A stretch of DNA of 64,000 nucleotides from assembly GCA_044342325.1 (NCBI GenBank), contig JBIIPZ010000010.1, positions 16,540-80,539 of the forward strand, in the 5' to 3' direction. Both the position numbers and the translations under genes were made by a program. Shown in pieces: positions 40,701-49,457 of this stretch (position 1 is its first letter; each line of letters opens with the position of its first letter). This stretch comes from Terrimicrobiaceae bacterium (GTDB lineage: Bacteria; Verrucomicrobiota; Verrucomicrobiia; Chthoniobacterales; Terrimicrobiaceae). Under the pieces are notes generated by a model. It had not been told where the DNA came from, searched no databases, and saw nothing but the letters and a program-made list of their open reading frames with translations.

Positions 40701-43700
40701 TCTTGCTGAGGGCTCCGGTGGAGGAGAGCACGCCGGAGAGGGTGGTGTTGTTGGAATTGGTATCGAAGACGGTGGTGCCAGAGGAGAGGACGATGTTATT
40801 GGCCAGGGTGAGGCCGCTGGCGCCGCTGCGGAGGGTGGCTGTGTTGCCTGCGCCCGGATTGAGTTTGACCTCGCCGCTTGAGTTGCCGAGGGCGGTGCTG
40901 CTGCCGACGACGACGGTGCCGCTGCTGATGGTGGTGCCGCTAGCGTAAGAGTTGCTGCCGCCCAGGATGAGCGTGCCGTTGCCGGTTTTGGAGAGACCGG
41001 CGCCCGCTCCAGCAAGGTTGGCATTTATCGTAGTATTTCCTGTTGCAGAGACATTTATGGCAGAAGAGGAGGATGATGTCACATTAAGCGTATTGGAACC
41101 ATTGATCGACACTTCGGAGGTGGTAATGGCGAGCGTATTGATGCTGTAGTTGGCGCCAAGGGTGGTAGTGAGGTTGCCGGCATTGGTGCCCGCGAAAATG
41201 ACATCCGATTGATCGGTGAGGGAGCTTCCGGGGATTGAAGCGGTGCCGTTGATACTGGTGCTGAAGTTGGTATCCACCCAACTGCTGCCGTTCCCGCCGG
41301 TCCAGTAGGCCAGTGAGGAACTGGCCGCCGCCGTGAGCCAGAGGGAGGTGGTATTCGATGTGAGGCTGAAAGAATACCCTGTCTGAGGGGCGTAAGTGCC
41401 CAGGCTCCATGTGCCATTGAGACCACTGGTGGCAGTGAGGAGTGTCCAGTTTCCCCCGCTCGAAATGGAGTTGAGAAAGCTAAGGTTCACAATATTGGTG
41501 CCATTAAGAGTTGCTGCACCTCCAAAATTCAAGCGGTCCGACGCGCTGCTGCTCAGATCCACATCGAACGAAAGCTTGGCTGTGCTGAGTGAGATACCGG
41601 AGCTGCCGAGTGTGATCGTGCGCGTGTCGCCATCGGCAAAGCTGAGCGTGGAGCCACCTGAGGCGCTGAGGCCAGTGATATTCGAAGAAAGAGCGCCAGC
41701 GCCGCTGAAGAGGAGCGTGCCTGCGGTGGCTTCGACCGCGCCGGAGTTGGTGTTTGTGCCATTGAGGGTGGTGGTGCGTTCAGACGATTGCACGATATTG
41801 CCTGCGCCGCTGATGTTGTTTGAAATGGTTGCATCAGCGCTGCGGTTGAGTTGGAGTGCCGCTCCGGTGTTGACCGCTATGGCTCCCGCGACGGAGCCGG
41901 ATGCGACGGAGAGCGTGAGCGTGCCGCCATTAATAGTGGTGCCTCCCGTGTAGGAATTTGCGGCAGAGAGCGTGAGTGTGCCGGTGCCGTTTTTGGTGAG
42001 GCCACCGGTATTCGAGCTATCCATCGCGCCGGCGAAGGTCGCCGATTGGCCGTTGGTATCGAGAATCATGGCGGAGGCGCTGTTTTTGATGCGGGCGCCG
42101 TAGTCGGCTCCCGAGCCGCCAGAGGCGAACTGCATGGTGCCGCCGGAGAAGGTGATGTTGCCAGTGGTGCCGAGGGCGGCGGTGGCGTTGATGCCGAGGA
42201 TGCCGGCCGAGAGAGTCGTGCCGCCGGTGTAGGTGTTTGTGCCGGAGAGCGTCCATGTGCCGGTGCCGGCTTTGACGAGCGCGGTGGTAGCTGTATTTGC
42301 GGCAAAATCATTGATCACTCCCGACAGCTCACCGGTGCCGCTCGTGGAGCCCTGGAGAGTGAGGGTTTTGTTGCCATTGCCTGTGGCTACGACAGCACTC
42401 GTAAACCGCAGCGTGCTGTTGCCAGATTGATCGATCACGGCGCCGCCGGTCGTGCCCGAAAGGTTGATGGTGCGGTTGGTCGTCTGAGCCGCACCAGTGT
42501 AGAGAAGCGTGCCAGAGCTATCCCTCAATCCGATGTTGATGGCAGAGCCGCTGCCTACGGCACTGTTTACGGTGCGGTTCCCGATCGAGGCCACGCTGAG
42601 CGTGCCGGCTGCGATGGTGGTGTTGCCACTGTAGCTGTTCGACCCATTGCCGAGCGTGAGCGTGTTGTTGCCGAGCTTGGTGAGCGCGCGTGTTGTGCTG
42701 AGGGTCGGATTGAGTGTAAAACTCCCAGCCGTGGTATCTACCGCCACGCCAGAGATATTATTAAGACTAAACCAACCCGCAAAAGTGCCAGTTCCATTTG
42801 TGGTTGACGCATTGAAAAGCGTCGCGACATCGTTCTCACTGTAGTCGCCAGATGCCGCGCCCACACCGAGGCCTACGGTGACGCCTGCGGAAATAGTGAC
42901 ATTGCTGCTCGTGGGGCGCGCGGCAGTATTTCTGAAAACGAGCGTGCCACCGCCAACGATCGTGGCACCGGTGTAGGTATTGTTTCCAGAGAGCGTCCAT
43001 ATGCCAGTTCCGGACTTGGCGACCCAGGTGAGATTTGTTCCATTGTTACCGATCGAGCCCGCAATCTCGCCCATACCGGTGCCAGAGAGTGTGAAGACTT
43101 TTGATGATTCGAATCTGGATGTGACATTGCTTGTGAACCGCAGCGTGCCGCTGGAGTTGTCGGCAAAAATATTGGCCCCCGGTCCCCCGGCAACCGTGAT
43201 GTTTTTATCCGTTGTCTCTCCTGTGCCGGTATATAAAAGAGTGCCAGGAGTGTGCGTAGAACCAATAATTATGGAACCATTAGTGCCCAGATAGCTATTT
43301 GAGCCCGCATTTCCGATGCCGGCCACGCTCAAAGTGCCACTCTGGATCGTGACAGCTCCCGTGAAGCTGCTATTTGAGTTTCCGAGAACAAGAGTGCCGC
43401 CTGCGGCAGACATGCCGAAGAGTAAAGCATTCGTGCCATTTGCAGTTAATGCGCTATTGATCGTAAAGGAATTGAGTGATGCCGCGGCCAGACGGTAAGT
43501 TTGGCCACTGCCAATCACAATGCGCGAGGACACATCGGTGGAGTTGTTTGTGAAAACCAAGCCACCGCCTGTCATATTAATGTTGCCACTATAACCCATG
43601 GCTCCCGCACTTGATAATTGAGCGTAAGGGCTAGTAACGCGCCACGATGAAGCGGAGTTGTTTCCTGAAAGTGTGAGAAACGGATGTGACGAACCCAAAG

Positions 43701-44856
43701 ACACACTGCCATTGACGGCGAGATTTCCGGTTAGAGTTATTGATTTTGAGCTTGTTCCTTGCAAAGTCAAGGCCGAGGTTGCTCCAGCGAGGGATGAGAT
43801 GTCGCCACTGAAGGTGGAGGAATTTGAGGAGAGAGAGATCGTCTGGCTCCCATTTCCGAGAAAGATTCTGTTTGATATGGTGGTTACATCTGACCGGTTG
43901 ACGATAAGCGTGCCGGAATTGATCGTGATATTACTGCTGGCCGAGATGCTGCCCGTCGCGCCATTATTACCAAGTTGCAGCGTGCCGGCGTTGATGGTAG
44001 TGGCTCCGGTGTAGGTGCTGGCACCAGTGAGGATCAGGCTGTTGGATCCTGTCTTGGTGAGGCCCAGAGCGCCCTGTGCGGTGTTGCCGAGGTTCGCCGT
44101 GTAGGTGCGGCTTGCCGTGGTGGTATCAAAGCCGATTGCTGAATCGGCCGCAAAATTCGTCGTGCCGAGCATGGTGGTGATGTTTGCATCCGTTACGGCA
44201 TTGTAAACGGCGAGAGAAGCCCCGCCGGCTACGGAGTATCCGCCATTTGTGCTCCACGAAGGCAGAGCGGAGGTGCTGGTAATGGAAAGCACACCCGCGC
44301 TAACCGTGGTGCCACCGCTATAGGTATTCGCGCCGGAGAGAACAAGCGTGCCGGTGCCTTCCTTAGTGAGACCGAAATTAGTGCCGGTGATGATGCCGCC
44401 GACCGTGAGGGCGTTTGTTGAGTTGTTGCTCCAAGTTTGGTTCGCAGCGAGAGCGAATATTGCGCTCCCTGTGCTTACCGCGCCAGCTCCGGCAGCAACC
44501 TCAATACCCATATTCACACCGCCAGTGGAAACACCGCTCAGCGTGATCGTATTTGAGCCGCTCCCAAAAGTGAGAGCCCCGCTGCTGGAACCAATGTATA
44601 GTTTTCCGAAAGCCGCATTGGCTGTAGCGCTAGGCGCATTTGTGTATGTGGCATTATTAAAATTGCCGGTGAATGTGGCACTGGGTGTCGTGTTAGGGGT
44701 CCAGCTTGTATTTGTCCCAATTGCTGTTGAGCTATTGTTCCAATCGGCCGATGTCTGCGCCCGCGCATCAGGCACGAACGCCACGCCCGCCGCGAGTGCG
44801 AGCAACACCGCGATACGAATCCGGATGCGGGATGAGAGTGGTGAGTGTGTATTCAT
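37711..44856 (-). CDS. Large autotransporter-associated beta-strand-repeat surface protein with PEP-CTERM-like sorting tail
   Basis: Start reassigned to MNTHSP (signal peptide ending ARA-Q); many LTKxGxGTLxLxGxNTYxGxTxIxxGxL repeats; C-terminus VPETETY + hydrophobic helix + LRRR; no beta-barrel. Confidence 0.88.
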   Translation of the reverse strand: MNTHSPLSSRIRIRIAVLLALAAGVAFVPDARAQTSADWNNSSTAIGTNTSWTPNTTPSATFTGNFNNATYTNAPSATANAAFGKLYIGSSSGALTFGSGSNTITLSGVSTGGVNMGIEVAAGAGAVSTGSAIFALAANQTWSNNSTNALTVGGIITGTNFGLTKEGTGTLVLSGANTYSGGTTVSAGVLSITSTSALPSWSTNGGYSVAGGASLAVYNAVTDANITTMLGTTNFAADSAIGFDTTTASRTYTANLGNTAQGALGLTKTGSNSLILTGASTYTGATTINAGTLQLGNNGATGSISASSNITINSGTLIVNRSDVTTISNRIFLGNGSQTISLSSNSSTFSGDISSLAGATSALTLQGTSSKSITLTGNLAVNGSVSLGSSHPFLTLSGNNSASSWRVTSPYAQLSSAGAMGYSGNINMTGGGLVFTNNSTDVSSRIVIGSGQTYRLAAASLNSFTINSALTANGTNALLFGMSAAGGTLVLGNSNSSFTGAVTIQSGTLSVAGIGNAGSNSYLGTNGSIIIGSTHTPGTLLYTGTGETTDKNITVAGGPGANIFADNSSGTLRFTSNVTSRFESSKVFTLSGTGMGEIAGSIGNNGTNLTWVAKSGTGIWTLSGNNTYTGATIVGGGTLVFRNTAARPTSSNVTISAGVTVGLGVGAASGDYSENDVATLFNASTTNGTGTFAGWFSLNNISGVAVDTTAGSFTLNPTLSTTRALTKLGNNTLTLGNGSNSYSGNTTIAAGTLSVASIGNRTVNSAVGSGSAINIGLRDSSGTLLYTGAAQTTNRTINLSGTTGGAVIDQSGNSTLRFTSAVVATGNGNKTLTLQGSTSGTGELSGVINDFAANTATTALVKAGTGTWTLSGTNTYTGGTTLSAGILGINATAALGTTGNITFSGGTMQFASGGSGADYGARIKNSASAMILDTNGQSATFAGAMDSSNTGGLTKNGTGTLTLSAANSYTGGTTINGGTLTLSVASGSVAGAIAVNTGAALQLNRSADATISNNISGAGNIVQSSERTTTLNGTNTNSGAVEATAGTLLFSGAGALSSNITGLSASGGSTLSFADGDTRTITLGSSGISLSTAKLSFDVDLSSSASDRLNFGGAATLNGTNIVNLSFLNSISSGGNWTLLTATSGLNGTWSLGTYAPQTGYSFSLTSNTTSLWLTAAASSSLAYWTGGNGSSWVDTNFSTSINGTASIPGSSLTDQSDVIFAGTNAGNLTTTLGANYSINTLAITTSEVSINGSNTLNVTSSSSSAINVSATGNTTINANLAGAGAGLSKTGNGTLILGGSNSYASGTTISSGTVVVGSSTALGNSSGEVKLNPGAGNTATLRSGASGLTLANNIVLSSGTTVFDTNSNNTTLSGVLSSTGALSKTGAGTLTLTANNTHTGGITISAGGIALSGSGALADSETMNLAASGTSFDISAITASGETIASIAGASGSSIALGNKTLTVGGDNTSTTFSGSMGGAGGALVKTGSGTLTLTGGNTYTGTTTITAGGLQIGNGGTTGSLSTSSTITNNGVLTFNRSNNLAQGTDFTSTAIGGSGSLAQSGTGNLTLSSANTYSGGTTLNSGTLVLNNSTAIGTGALTINGGTLNNTSGTSITLTSNNTQNWNANFAFAGTNDLNLGTGTVALGNSASRTITLTSGNLTVGGVISGASSSLTKAGAGTLRLTGSNSYSGGTTISAGILEIAGSGTLNGAGNIANNGTLLWNSSSTLAFSGVISGSGGITLNGTGTMQINSASNSFTGGVVINAGTLRLGEGNVISASNNVTINGGTLDMQNRDNAISLLTLTNGNVIELGGVFTSTLTATDGYILQNGSVSTILAGSGTLTKNGSGTVTLSRNNTLSGSTVVADGTLLLSGNGTLGTSTISLTGGTLDMGGKSLTNTITSISGGTLVNGTITNNGGNYAMQNGTVSAILAGTNGLIKTGSGTFTLNGSNTYSGATTISAGNLSISSVSALGSTSGVNLANATALIYNGAAGNLTRDISITGATGSTGTIRNSGTGLLTLSGALSKNGTTLTLAGGSNGITVSGVISGSSANSDLVIDGGTTTLANANTYNGPTSIINGATLNANVTNALPTANGRSAISIDTTGTGSSTLALGASQSVASLTGAASSNVTLGANTLTINATSGSTTYAGRITGASNSALVKDGASTQVLTGDNSGFTGSTTVNSGTLQAAATGAMGNTTVVNVTGGSFLVTAANAVSDSTNINLDGGTLAVSGTFNENVGLLTLSKDSIIDFAGFVGTLRFSGVGSWAPSANLAIWNWSGVPRYGDPVNNYLTPSNLVFTDNSLVASDLAKISFYSGSGSGFIGNGFEVSGFEGNGSLIIAVPETETYFYALALLAGLAVQYLRRRANRKPREGQPPA

Positions 44857-45261
44857 AGGGAGGCAGGAGCTGGTATGGGTGGGATGGGATTCGGAATGAA
44901 AGTCGGAAATCCACGGGACGAAAGCGCCAAGGCGGCCACGCTGGGAATCCCTACCCCGCCCGCAAAGCGGCTCAGCGAGGCCCGTGACGAGGCGATGGGT
45001 GTTTGTGGAAGGGAGAAATTTCATTGGGAGAAACTTTATTATTTATTTTTATAAACAAAGCAGAACATTTGATTGACCGCAACCGAAAGTCAAATTTTTT
45101 TTAAAGTTTTTCTTTCCAAACAGTCGATAGCCACAAAAATTTTTGCATAGTAATTTTTTTCAAGGACTTAAAAAAATCATTTCTCTTTATACAAAAAGGG
45201 TTATTCCGCCAGTAGAGAGCTACAGGATCGCTTAATCATGAAAAATCCGCGCCGCGAAGGT

Positions 45262-45810
45262 TCAACAGAATGATGGATGACAGAATCATTTTTTAGGGGT
45301 GTGGCGCGCTGCCGCGCGAGTCCTGTAGCGGCGTCTCTTAATCCCATGGTAGGGATGTCGCGCCGTCGACGTCCCAAGTTTCAGCTGCGAAGCAGCGTTT
45401 CTGCTGGAGATGCAATGGCGGCCTTGCCGCGCAAATGGGTCAGCGGCGGCGCGCCGACCCTACCCTTTGATGCACGAGCGCACGGCGTGGCTTGACCATC
45501 GATGAGGTTGCGGCGCGAGTGTCTTACACGGTCGAGACGACCGTGCTCCTCTCTTTCGCGCTGCCGCGCGAGTCCTGTAGCGGCGTCTCTATGAGCGCCG
45601 GGTGCGGATAGGGCGGTTTTTGGGCGAGCAGGTGTCTGGGAGTCATTCAACGGCTTCCGTGGAGAAATTCTGGTCAAGCCAACCGAAGCCACGGGCGTGG
45701 CGTAGGAAGCACATCGCAGATGGCCCGGAGGGCGCAGCGAGCAGGGCGCGAGCAAGGCAAAGGTCGCCCTCCAAGGGCTTGAGCGCGACAGGGACCGGGC
45801 GGGCGCTCGC
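45262..45810. repeat. Mosaic REP/REPIN-like spacer E, carrying the uninterrupted hairpin alleles
   Basis: GTAG-initiated hairpins at about 45325, 45349 and 45577; 45380-45463 equals spacer B modules without the 30-bp inserts. Confidence 0.85.
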
Positions 45811-45869
45811 ATTTTTCTGGTAATTTTTTAGAAAACGGAACAATGCTTTACCTCCTACTAAAGTAATTC

Positions 45870-46943
45870 GTGGAAAAAACATCCCGCAAAATAAGAAAGA
45901 CGAGCAAGAAGCAGGCGCGCGTTATCGAGGCGATTCGCAAGAAAATCCTGAGTGGCGAATATGCACCGGGAACGCAGATTCCGATCCAGACCGAGCTTGT
46001 GCAGAAGTTCAAACTCAGCAGCGTGACCGTGCAGCGGGCCGTGCATGAGTTGAAGCGGCAGGGGTTTTTGACGGCGAAGCGGCGGCTGGGCACATTCATC
46101 GCGGAGCAGCCTCCTCACTTGAAAAATTACGCACTGGTTTTTCCGGCGGATCCCGCAAAATCCGTCGTGTGGGGGAATTTTTGGGAGAGCCTGCGGCTTG
46201 AAGCGGAAAAGATCAACAAGCGGAGCGAAAAAAGGATTGAGTTTTTCTTTGGGGCCGAGGAGTTCGAACACAGTAAGGATTATTTGCGCCTGGTGGAGTT
46301 GGTGCGCAACCACCAGCTGGCGGGCCTCATTTTTGCGGCTCCGCCGCACAATCTCATGGACACGCCATTGATGACCGTGCCCGACATGCCAAGGGTAGCG
46401 ATCGCCAGTTTGACAAAATATAAAATTCCTGTGGTGAGCCATGCGGATCAAAGCGGACTTTTTACAGCAGCAAAGCGCCTCTCGGAGCGCGGCGTCAAGC
46501 GCATCGCCCTTTTCTGCACGGCAACGACGCAGGTGGAGGAATGGTTGCGCCGGCAATCGGAACTCGTGGATCTAGGCATTCGCACACGCGAGCAATGGTG
46601 CTTCACCATTCCCGCGACCGTTCCAGGCACCGCCAAAGCCTGCACGCGCTTGCTCATGGATCTGCCCGCCAAGGACCGACCAGACGGTATGATCGTAATG
46701 GATGACCACCTCACCGAAGCCGTGGAGCAGGGACTCATCGACGCTGGCGATGACGCCGCAACGCAAGTCGGCGTGGTGGCATTGTGCAACTTCCCCGACC
46801 GCTTCGCCCACCGACTCCCAATCCAACGACTCGGCTGCAACGCCGTGGATTTTCTCAACCTCTGCATCGAAAGCATCGACGCCCAGCGCAACGGCGACAA
46901 GGTGCAGAAGCAAGTCTTTGTGAAAGCCTACTTCGAGGAGTAG
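45870..46943 (+). CDS. GntR-type HTH + LacI/periplasmic-binding-fold transcriptional regulator
   Basis: ILSGEYAPGTQIPIQTELVQKFKLSSVTVQRAVHELKRQG...GTFI; C-terminal RPDGMIVMDD. Confidence 0.88.
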   Translation: MEKTSRKIRKTSKKQARVIEAIRKKILSGEYAPGTQIPIQTELVQKFKLSSVTVQRAVHELKRQGFLTAKRRLGTFIAEQPPHLKNYALVFPADPAKSVVWGNFWESLRLEAEKINKRSEKRIEFFFGAEEFEHSKDYLRLVELVRNHQLAGLIFAAPPHNLMDTPLMTVPDMPRVAIASLTKYKIPVVSHADQSGLFTAAKRLSERGVKRIALFCTATTQVEEWLRRQSELVDLGIRTREQWCFTIPATVPGTAKACTRLLMDLPAKDRPDGMIVMDDHLTEAVEQGLIDAGDDAATQVGVVALCNFPDRFAHRLPIQRLGCNAVDFLNLCIESIDAQRNGDKVQKQVFVKAYFEE

Positions 46944-46954
46944 GAATGAAGAAT

Positions 46955-47294
46955 TAAGTTTTCAGTTTTCAGTCTTAAGTTCCAAGAGCTGCAAGAACCT
47001 CCCCGCCCGCTACACGACCCGCGCGGCAGCGCGACACACCCCAAAAAAATGATTTTGCTGTTCATGATTTTGCCAAACCCTGCCGTGTGCTCATCCTGCC
47101 CGGATATCTTTGAACCACGAATAGTCCGAATGAACACGAATAAAACCAGCAAGGAGAATCTGCGGCGAAGCCGCTTCCCATTCGTGAAAATTTGAGCAAT
47201 TCGTGGTTGAATAATGTATTTCGCGAGGGCGAAGCACCTCCCCGGCGCTCATAGAGACGCCGCTACACGACCCGCGCGGCAGCGCGCCCGCCGC
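46955..47294. repeat. Mosaic REP/REPIN-like spacer F, inverted relative to A/C/E
   Basis: 96-bp palindrome 47113-47208; 47007-47075 is an inverted copy of 45265-45331; short GTTTTCA heptamer run at about 46958. Confidence 0.85.
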
Positions 47295-47702
47295 TCAAGA
47301 ACTCCATGGATTGAATGTGGCGGCATGCCGAAAATCATCAACATTTCTGGTCGCGACTATGGCTCCATGCCTGACTGCCATGGCATCAATCAAACTATCC
47401 CAAAGCGCTTGAGGTTGGCGTTTGACTTCAGGACTATGCCTCAACTTGGCCCAAACCAAGGCGGTATCCGCATCCCAATCCAAGACAAGTGCGGAAAATT
47501 GACCTAAAAAATCTCCAAGGCGCCGGGTGATTTCCTCTTTACGGGCAAGAGATGGCGTTGACTCGGCCCCTTCTTGGATTTCTGCGATGATAACAACCGG
47601 GATCAACCATTCTGCTGAATCGAGCCATTCCAACACAGCCGACGACGGTTTAATTTTCCAAAGCTCGGAGATAACATTTGAATCCAGCAAATACTGACTC
47701 AT
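47295..47702 (-). CDS. vapC: PIN-domain toxin
   Basis: YLLDSNVISE, IAEI, DSLIDA and VATRNVDDF motifs. Confidence 0.9.
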   Translation of the reverse strand: MSQYLLDSNVISELWKIKPSSAVLEWLDSAEWLIPVVIIAEIQEGAESTPSLARKEEITRRLGDFLGQFSALVLDWDADTALVWAKLRHSPEVKRQPQALWDSLIDAMAVRHGAIVATRNVDDFRHAATFNPWSS

Positions 47703-47896
47703 CGACGATTTGGCATTTCCACTGGACCGATAGCGGTCAGCATCTGAAGAGCGCGTTTGCGATCCGGTTCCACCATCGGAACAATGGCAGCAATTTTTCG
47801 ACCGTGCTCGGTAATGAGCACTTTTTGGGAAGCGTGAATAACAGGGCCAAGGATTCGGCTGGTTTCTCGGCGCAGCTCAGTAAGAGTGGCTTGCAT
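47699..47896 (-). CDS. Phd/YefM family antitoxin
   Basis: MQATLTELRRETSRIL...VLITEHGRKIAAIVP; ATGA overlap with toxin. Confidence 0.85.
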   Translation of the reverse strand: MQATLTELRRETSRILGPVIHASQKVLITEHGRKIAAIVPMVEPDRKRALQMLTAIGPVEMPNRR

Positions 47897-47974
47897 AAGT
47901 ATGAAAAATACACACTTTATTTCACTGGTCAAGCTTTGAGCAACGAACGGGCACTTCGCAGTTGGAGGGAAAAT

Positions 47975-48152
47975 AACCACGGATTTCAAAGATGGGCACG
48001 GATGATCCCAGCAAGCTGGGATTGGCAGAAAAAAAAGCAAGAATCTGGCAAGCCTGCTTGCAGAGTTTTTGTTTTTGCCCTGCCCCATTCGCGCCGCGAA
48101 TGCACCCGTTCTCATCTTTTCATATCCGTGTTCATCCGAGTAATCAGTGGTT
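47975..48152. repeat. Long nested inverted-repeat element, divergent relative of the 96-bp palindrome
   Basis: AACCACGGATTTCAAAGATGGGCACGGAT...ATCCGTGTTCATCCGAGTAATCAGTGGTT enclosing GGCAGAAAAAAA...TTTTTGCC. Confidence 0.65.
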
Positions 48153-48356
48153 TTATATTAGTCTTTTCTGTAGAAAGATGTGACTTGTTAGTTAGAAGGC
48201 TCCCGGCCATGCGCGGTAGACTCGGCCGAGGTAAGACAAGCGAACCTGATTTCCATCGCCAGCAACACAAGGGCACTCGATAACCATGAATTTTATTTTT
48301 TTAAATAATGTTTTTCTTGAAGGGGTGATCATGCTTGGTTATGTTGGTTTTTTCCA

Positions 48357-48956
48357 ATGCCCCTTATTGCCACAAATCCTCGAGCGTTTTCGTTGATTGA
48401 GCTATTGGTTGTCATTGCCATTATAGGACTTGTCGCTGGCCTGACTGTCACCGGCTTAGGGTCGCGCAATGCGGCATCGCTTCGCAACTCGGGCTCAATT
48501 GCCGGTGGCGTGGCCGATTCCGCCCGGCAGTTGGCCCAAAGCGGCCGGACGAAAACAGCTTTGGCCGTGGCTACAAGCGGCGCGGACGCCTATCGGGCCT
48601 TGACTGTATTGAAACGCGAACCCAATGGCCAATGGACTCCTGCGGCCCGCTGGACGCGCCTGCCGGAAAATATCATCTTCGACAGCACGGAATCGGATTT
48701 TTTCTCCAACGCCACCAACGGCATCACAAACACTATTCAGATGGCTGGCACCACGCTCACCGCAGGCACAGGTTTCAAAGCACAGGGCTTTTCTTCGGAT
48801 GGTAGTTTGGATGGACAGATTGAGCCGTTAAAGCTGCGTCTGCGCGAGGGGTTCTCTGCCAATGGCACCCAGACATTCACTGCCGGCACCACAAACCGGT
48901 ATTTTGATATCATTATCACTCCCACAGGCGGTCGTGTGAAGTATGTGCAACCTTGA
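48357..48956 (+). CDS. Verru_Chthon cassette protein D-like prepilin/pseudopilin
   Basis: RA-FSLIELLVVIAIIG type IV signal; ARQLA, W.RLP..I and C-terminal P.GGRVK motifs. Confidence 0.75.
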   Translation: MPLIATNPRAFSLIELLVVIAIIGLVAGLTVTGLGSRNAASLRNSGSIAGGVADSARQLAQSGRTKTALAVATSGADAYRALTVLKREPNGQWTPAARWTRLPENIIFDSTESDFFSNATNGITNTIQMAGTTLTAGTGFKAQGFSSDGSLDGQIEPLKLRLREGFSANGTQTFTAGTTNRYFDIIITPTGGRVKYVQP

Positions 48957-48962
48957 TGCACG

Positions 48963-49457
48963 ATGAAGGCTCATAAAAACCACATAGCCTTTCCGAAGCG
49001 CCCATCCCTCCAGGCGATGTCGCTTATCGAAGTCGTCATTGCCATTGGGATCGTATCCTTCGCCATCATTCCGCTTCTGGGGTTAATGGGCATGGGACTC
49101 ACATCCAGCACCGCAGCGAATGAGGATCTCGCTCAGGCGGCAATCATATCCTACATGCAGAGCGATCTGCGCTCGCGCCCCTCGACCACGAATGCCTGGA
49201 CGCCAAGCTCCAATGCGGCATTTTCCATTCTCACGAACGCTTCAGCGATCCGCACCAACTATTTCGACGCCCAAGGCAGTTGGGTGACCAATGGCACGCC
49301 AACCGGAACAAATCTGACCCGCACGATCTATGTTGCCACATTCACGAATGCGACGAGTGCAACGAATTTCATCGATTACAGTATTCTCATCCGTTGGCCG
49401 CACCCATCCTACGGCAAAACCAATTTGGTCCCCGCGAGGCTCTTTCGCTATGAATAA
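48963..49457 (+). CDS. Verru_Chthon cassette protein B-like pseudopilin
   Basis: A-MSLIEVVIAIGIVSFAIIPLLGLM..GL and YFDAQG motifs. Confidence 0.78.
   Translation: MKAHKNHIAFPKRPSLQAMSLIEVVIAIGIVSFAIIPLLGLMGMGLTSSTAANEDLAQAAIISYMQSDLRSRPSTTNAWTPSSNAAFSILTNASAIRTNYFDAQGSWVTNGTPTGTNLTRTIYVATFTNATSATNFIDYSILIRWPHPSYGKTNLVPARLFRYE

Noticed and set aside
37711..44856. Classical type V autotransporter
   Set aside because: No C-terminal beta-barrel or terminal aromatic residue; it ends in a PEP-CTERM-like tail
44857..45024. N-terminal extension of the 2437-aa ORF
   Set aside because: The signal peptide begins at Met 44856; similar upstream extensions were trimmed for 11077, 14306, 49330, 50303, 53601 and 59026 using stop/start overlaps
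33592..47294. CRISPR array interpretation of the repeat clusters
   Set aside because: No constant repeat with regularly sized unique spacers, modules occur in both orientations, and no cas genes are present
33692..48152. Bona fide integron
   Set aside because: No integrase or attI seen, core-site consensus is poorly matched, and cargo genes are in mixed orientation; kept only as a hypothesis
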